64,000 bases of DNA from Patescibacteria group bacterium (GTDB taxonomy: Bacteria; Patescibacteriota; Patescibacteriia; UBA10025), in contig JBHPFX010000001.1 of the NCBI GenBank assembly GCA_042570925.1, forward strand, positions 52,397-116,396. Direction: 5' to 3'. Below are positions 59,801 to 64,000 of the stretch, piece after piece. The notes beneath the pieces were generated by a model. That model did no database searches and was not told where the DNA came from. It saw only the letters and a program-made list of their open reading frames with translations. A program made the position numbers and the translations under genes. The first letter of the stretch is position 1. Each line of letters opens with the position of its first letter.

Positions 59801-62800
59801 TGCCACGAGAACATACGGCGGGGCAGTGGAAATTTATAACAACAGCGCATCAGCTCGAAGTGTGACCGGAGCTGCAGGTACGATTACCATGTCGTCCACT
59901 CTTGATATTTCGAGGGACGGAGCAGGTGGAGTGACACTTGAACTCAACACGAATGATCCGACTACAATTATTGGGGATGATGTCACTATCGGTGTAGGGA
60001 CCACTCTGTCTGCAAACAGTGCAAATGGAATCACCATGAATGGGAGCTTTACGAATAGCGGGACATTTACGAGTAATAATGGAACCGTTACATTCGGATC
60101 CGGATCACCCGAGAACATTACAACTGGTGGAGGTAGTGGACAATTCTACAATCTTACGTTCGATGGTACAGGCCCATGGACACCGCTAGCAAATGAAATC
60201 AGAGTGGGTGGCGACCTTCACATGGTGGCAGGTACTCTTCAAGGTTCTCAAGATTTATGGGCGTTCGGAGATATAGAATGTAATGGTACATGCGGGACTA
60301 TCACCTTTAGCAATAATTCAGTATTCATTATGGGTGCTGGACAAAATATCGGCACTAATGTAGCTGAGGGAGATGTATGGACATTTCATAATCTTGACTT
60401 TATAGGAGGCAATGTGACATTCAATGGATCTGGGACTGGCACAATTATCGTCAATGGCACTATGCAATTTGTAACAGGAACAGCTGATAACGAAACAAAT
60501 GATCGGAATATTGATGTTGTTGATGTGATAATTGCTGGCGGGACATATCAGGCATCATCATCGGCTACGTTTAAAGTATCGGGTAGCTGGACAAAAAATT
60601 CAGGGACTTTTACCCCAAACAGCGGCACGATTACATTTGATAATGACGGAGCTTCAATAGGGGGTTCTCAAGGTACCAATTTTAATAACCTTACTATTGA
60701 TCCCGCGGCTCCTCATACTAGTCCAGGTACAGTATCAATTGACATTTCTAGTGGCTATATACTCGTTAATGACACATTAAACATTGCATCAAATGATTCG
60801 GTATCGATAGCAGTAAATGATATGCTCACTATCGCTGGGGAAACAGGGTCGATAACACTCAACGGTACTATCGAAGGAAGCGGAATACTCCGCTACTGGC
60901 CAACATCAGGCTTTCCAGATACCGGAACAGTCTCTTCTATTGTTAGATATGATACATCATATGGAACAGGTCACACGATTACAGACCGAACCTATGATGG
61001 AGATGTAGAGTTCGTAGGTTACATTTCAGCTAAGACACAGACTGCAGATGCCGGCACTTTTATCTTTAACGGGGACGTGCTTATTGATTATCTTTCCGCG
61101 TCACATATCGTGGACTTTATCACCAATGATCCCGATGTCACGATCGAAGGATCATTGACCATTGAAGCTTCGAGTGTGTTTCAAGCACCGAGCTCATTGA
61201 CGCTTAATGGTGATTATTCTAACAGTGGGACGTTTACCGATGGCAGTGGAACGGTGACACTCGATGGATCAGGACAACAGACTTTATCAGGCACGATGAC
61301 AGGGGAGTCAGAATTTAATGATTTAACAATTACAAATAACTCGGGAAGTTATGCGGGTTCATGTGGTACTCCAACGTATAGTGTCATCTTCGCAGCTGCC
61401 GCAACTATTAATGGTACCTATGAAATTACGACTGCAGGTGTGAGAGTCCAATACCTTGCCGGAGCTAATTATACCGTAAACGGAGAAATCAATTGGACGG
61501 GTAGCGGAGGGGATAGTAATCTAATAGTTTTTAGAAGCTCAACTACCAGTGTATGGAATCTCATTGTTGATGCTGGGGCTACCCAAACGGCTGTGTCATA
61601 TGTAGATGTTTCTTATTCATATGCGGATGGCGGAGCTACCATTGATGCTGACGACGGTACTAACATCAACTGTCTCAATAACTCCGAATGGGACTTTGAT
61701 GCTCTGCGGAATATTTCGGGTTATGTCAAAGGAACAGACGAGTCAAGTCACATCGGTAATCCTCCATGCGATAATTTAACAAATAATATCGGTCTACGAA
61801 TAAATGGCGGCTCAGAATTTTTAGAAGAATGTTCAAATGCAGGAGAAACTGGAAGTAGGGATTTTTACTTTGCAAATTTGGACGTCGTGCCCGGTGATAA
61901 AATTACGATTTATATAAAAGGCGAAACAGAGAAAGCCAATCTTGTTTTGGTAGCATCAGGAACAGATGTGAATGATCTAGAGCTTTATGAAGATAGAGTT
62001 ATTGTACGAGACGATAATGATGGAACAATGAATGTTATTGATACAAATACATGGGATAACGGCGACGACTCTGCAAATATGCTTTTTACCGCAACTGATG
62101 CATCTCCCGATACGCTCAGTGTTGAGGCCAACTACGAACTGCACGTGTGGACGGGTGATACACTTGATTCGGAGGGGACTATCACGACGCAAGGGACGGG
62201 AGATGTCCATGTAGATGACAATGCGACGATGTATTTTGACAATGCGACGAATACGGTTGCCGATGACATATTTGTGGATGCTGGAGCGATAGCATATATT
62301 GATGCAAATACATTTGTGAATGGGGGTTCCATTACTACTACTTCTACTGGTGTAGTTGATACAAGTTCAGGTACTCCTACAGTTACCATGTTTACATCGG
62401 GTGCGATAGGTGGAGGCAGTGGAGATATCACCATCTATGATCTTGCAACTATAGGGGGTGGGACAACTTCAATAACCGGTACGGGAACGAATACTATTAG
62501 CAACGGAATTTCCGTTGGAGATGGGACTACTTTAGATATCCAACAATCACTTTCAGTTGATAGTGTTGGTTTGGGTGATTTTGCTACAGCTGGTAGTGGA
62601 TCTGTCACCACAACGTCGGGTACTCCACTCGTTACCTTAGGAAGTGGCTGTGACATCGGAGGTGGCTCAGGATCAATTACGTTTCACGATCTTACCTTTG
62701 GTATAGGTACCCATACTTTTAGTTCTGATTTCACGGTAAATAATGACTTAACATTTGGTGCAGGTGGAGTTATTTCAGAATTAACAAGCACTGTGACCAT

Positions 62801-64000
62801 GGCAGGCACTGATGGTACGGGTACGCTGATAGGAGACAATGAACATCTCTATAATCTCACTATTGACCGCCCGGGCTTAGCGACTAATATCTCTCTTTCC
62901 TCATCCGACATCGGAATAACAAACAATCTCGTTGTCGAAACCGATGATACCTTCACAATTGGTACCGGACGTACGGCATATTGGTATGGAGACGGCTTCA
63001 CACTTAATGGAACTATAAGTGGAGATGGAAAGTTACAAGTAGAAACTACTAGTCCTATTGCCACAACTGGAACGTTTTCAGCCGATATATATTATGACGC
63101 GACTGATTATGCAGAAATGCAAATGTCAGCCCGAACGTATGGCGGTGACGTGACGATTTATAATGATCTTGCCCAAGACGTGATTCCCGGAGGCTGTACA
63201 GGGGGTGAGCACATTCCCTACTACAACGATGATAATAAACATTTCGTACAAGTTACCCACGCAATAGGCGAGCAAAAGGTTATCATGCTTGCCGGCTCGC
63301 ATGTCATTTCCGGCAATTTATATATGAATGCAAATGATGACTGCGATATTTGGCTGAGTGGCACTGAATACAATCCAACAGTGACTATCAATGGCAGTAT
63401 CGAATATCTTAGCGCCCCTCTTGATGGTAGAGAAGAAATATACACAGGTGCGTCAAACACCTGGACAGTAAAAAATGATATTAGTATCTCCGTTGGGGAC
63501 TTTAGAGCTGATCCAACGAGTACCCTCGTGCTTGATGGTTCAGCAGACGGCTCAGCCACAATTACGTCGGGTGGTTCAAACACCGAATATGGAAATCTGA
63601 CATTATCCGGGGGAAATATAACGTTTTCAGATAGTTATCATCAAGTTTATGGAAATCTGGACATGACGGGTGCGAGTTCTATTATTCCCGGTTCTTCAGA
63701 TATTTGGATGAGAGGCAGTTCAAAAAATATTATTGGAGCGAATAGGACGCTTTATGACCTAACTATTAATCCGGTTTCTACAAGCACGATCACACTTCAG
63801 AATTCCGATCTTACTGTCTCAAATGAGTTGACGGTGAGTGATGGGGATACTCTGACAATCGCATCAGGCAGGACACTGACTCATCTTGGTCCCGATATCA
63901 TTCTTACCGGATCGCCGGGTGGCACTATCACCGGGGCAGGAACATTACAATTTACGAGTGCATCTGGTGGACCCAGTGCTGATGGAATAATTAGTTCGGT
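56832..64000 (+). CDS. Giant extracellular repeat protein (>2389 aa, runs off window): three tail-collar/HxH modules + beta-helix-like repeats
   Basis: ATG overlaps the upstream TGA. The same frame was checked at 57111, 58110, 61728 and the window end (ASGGPSADGIISS). No closed long ORF is listed in the track. Gly/Thr/Asn/Asp-rich. Confidence 0.85.
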   Translation, partial: MTLEVTAYKDFTGEIIERVPREFGVEVEYGGASRDIEGVLELVWDTSISKGDTITLGYTFKSPEVSPALYHLGPATIGEWSEGREWQLAIDPTYMYLYWDGAGPPTGWSVVSTYDGKFARGETAANFGITSGNATHTPTIATQSPTSQPGTTKLANSGFGYSNASGTHTHAVIGTTIGSANNLPAYRDLILIKNDTGIPATIPGGGIAFFDDDPGLPGADWTRQSAQDAKMTRTNSSVATAGSDTHTHTITWAAPASGRAGAFHEDNCIKGGSAVTHGHTAPSAGATTGMSALPPYIEVIVGKADSDTSVPSGIIPMFDADPGAGWDLRSDSGDDFYQNFVRGAAAYNGSSQGATTHNHAQETSGNTGSGGSVNGGCGSGTVTLAGSNHNHTETVTFTTGTDNMPEYWNVVYAEMATTADTVSGSVKGTDESSFIGNPPCDGVTAAVSLKINGAGTDTTDCDNTTGNYEFSGLTFSAGDTVSVYLNSNSTEKANLNMVIGSANVTDADLYEEKVIVRDENDGTSTILDMVDYDNDQNSTDMLFDADDLATDTLSTESGKELHIWTGDTLDPNGDVDTGSDIHIDDSATMNLDTATSTIGGDIDVDTSATLNVSASATVNGNDVTTTGAVNHSAGTFTIGDSTTEDFIVNGGTVTLSGGTTVLKDDFDINGGTITISNTMNINGNSAAIVDQDGGTLNINAGADVNALGANATYAIDGASTILNLNGGSFDLGQYWFNNEGTVNLNGGDHNIGTGGQFRFGNAAGKGNVMDFNMTGGEITTPIMYTFDTSTLTTTTVTGGTINLGVDGVSDVIGEQNTDSHEFYNFVIEENASFWASSTVPLNLVGSFTINNGKSFDANAEMIVASGGWVNNGTYTYDTSTVTLLGGNISGTSDTTFYNLNIGDATTTGTVTLTGTDDPIVNGTLDVDAGDTLSIGASRTVQSNSTGSLTLDGTISGAGKLIYEPAAAFPTSGTISSILRFDTTVNNQTMGATRTYGGAVEIYNNSASARSVTGAAGTITMSSTLDISRDGAGGVTLELNTNDPTTIIGDDVTIGVGTTLSANSANGITMNGSFTNSGTFTSNNGTVTFGSGSPENITTGGGSGQFYNLTFDGTGPWTPLANEIRVGGDLHMVAGTLQGSQDLWAFGDIECNGTCGTITFSNNSVFIMGAGQNIGTNVAEGDVWTFHNLDFIGGNVTFNGSGTGTIIVNGTMQFVTGTADNETNDRNIDVVDVIIAGGTYQASSSATFKVSGSWTKNSGTFTPNSGTITFDNDGASIGGSQGTNFNNLTIDPAAPHTSPGTVSIDISSGYILVNDTLNIASNDSVSIAVNDMLTIAGETGSITLNGTIEGSGILRYWPTSGFPDTGTVSSIVRYDTSYGTGHTITDRTYDGDVEFVGYISAKTQTADAGTFIFNGDVLIDYLSASHIVDFITNDPDVTIEGSLTIEASSVFQAPSSLTLNGDYSNSGTFTDGSGTVTLDGSGQQTLSGTMTGESEFNDLTITNNSGSYAGSCGTPTYSVIFAAAATINGTYEITTAGVRVQYLAGANYTVNGEINWTGSGGDSNLIVFRSSTTSVWNLIVDAGATQTAVSYVDVSYSYADGGATIDADDGTNINCLNNSEWDFDALRNISGYVKGTDESSHIGNPPCDNLTNNIGLRINGGSEFLEECSNAGETGSRDFYFANLDVVPGDKITIYIKGETEKANLVLVASGTDVNDLELYEDRVIVRDDNDGTMNVIDTNTWDNGDDSANMLFTATDASPDTLSVEANYELHVWTGDTLDSEGTITTQGTGDVHVDDNATMYFDNATNTVADDIFVDAGAIAYIDANTFVNGGSITTTSTGVVDTSSGTPTVTMFTSGAIGGGSGDITIYDLATIGGGTTSITGTGTNTISNGISVGDGTTLDIQQSLSVDSVGLGDFATAGSGSVTTTSGTPLVTLGSGCDIGGGSGSITFHDLTFGIGTHTFSSDFTVNNDLTFGAGGVISELTSTVTMAGTDGTGTLIGDNEHLYNLTIDRPGLATNISLSSSDIGITNNLVVETDDTFTIGTGRTAYWYGDGFTLNGTISGDGKLQVETTSPIATTGTFSADIYYDATDYAEMQMSARTYGGDVTIYNDLAQDVIPGGCTGGEHIPYYNDDNKHFVQVTHAIGEQKVIMLAGSHVISGNLYMNANDDCDIWLSGTEYNPTVTINGSIEYLSAPLDGREEIYTGASNTWTVKNDISISVGDFRADPTSTLVLDGSADGSATITSGGSNTEYGNLTLSGGNITFSDSYHQVYGNLDMTGASSIIPGSSDIWMRGSSKNIIGANRTLYDLTINPVSTSTITLQNSDLTVSNELTVSDGDTLTIASGRTLTHLGPDIILTGSPGGTITGAGTLQFTSASGGPSADGIISS

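Noticed and set aside
57477-63583. Short ORFs listed in the last 7 kb
   Set aside because: Shadows of the single long open + frame starting at 56832

Overview
Chromosomal window from a genetic-code-11, AT-rich bacterium. Gene content and style (SD-less housekeeping genes, LQVExxGEAWYV repeats, archaeal-type AMP phosphorylase, HTH-capped giant surface protein) point to Patescibacteria/CPR; this is an inference. The backbone holds a redox/thiol cluster (ArsR, DUF378, TlpA, CcdA, DUF3179), an ABC-2 exporter, SOD, a PspC/LiaF-like operon, HU, ispH, sortase, nth, corA, AMP phosphorylase, fdx-sufCB(GT)DS-U, two DsbA, lgt, three tRNAs, parAB, a rel gene, trxB, topA-dprA, mfd, pth, der and an LCP gene. 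It ends in a split HTH-TM giant surface protein whose >2389-aa second part is missing from the ORF track. Most notable: (1) stand-alone orphan cassettes with strong Shine-Dalgarno sites in an otherwise SD-less genome, headed by two GC-rich secreted Thr/Ala/Cys-rich proteins with RAGP/xPP motifs, structured leaders and C-terminal AA; (2) a nested TTCG...CTCA hairpin family, one copy translated in frame inside dprA; (3) a three-copy structured ~115-145 bp repeat; (4) hairpin-interrupted tRNA fragments bracketing tRNA-Leu; (5) three tandem phage tail-collar/HxH modules in the giant protein; (6) a distant PvcA/DIT1-like protein. Family calls rest on motif recognition by eye; no searches were run.
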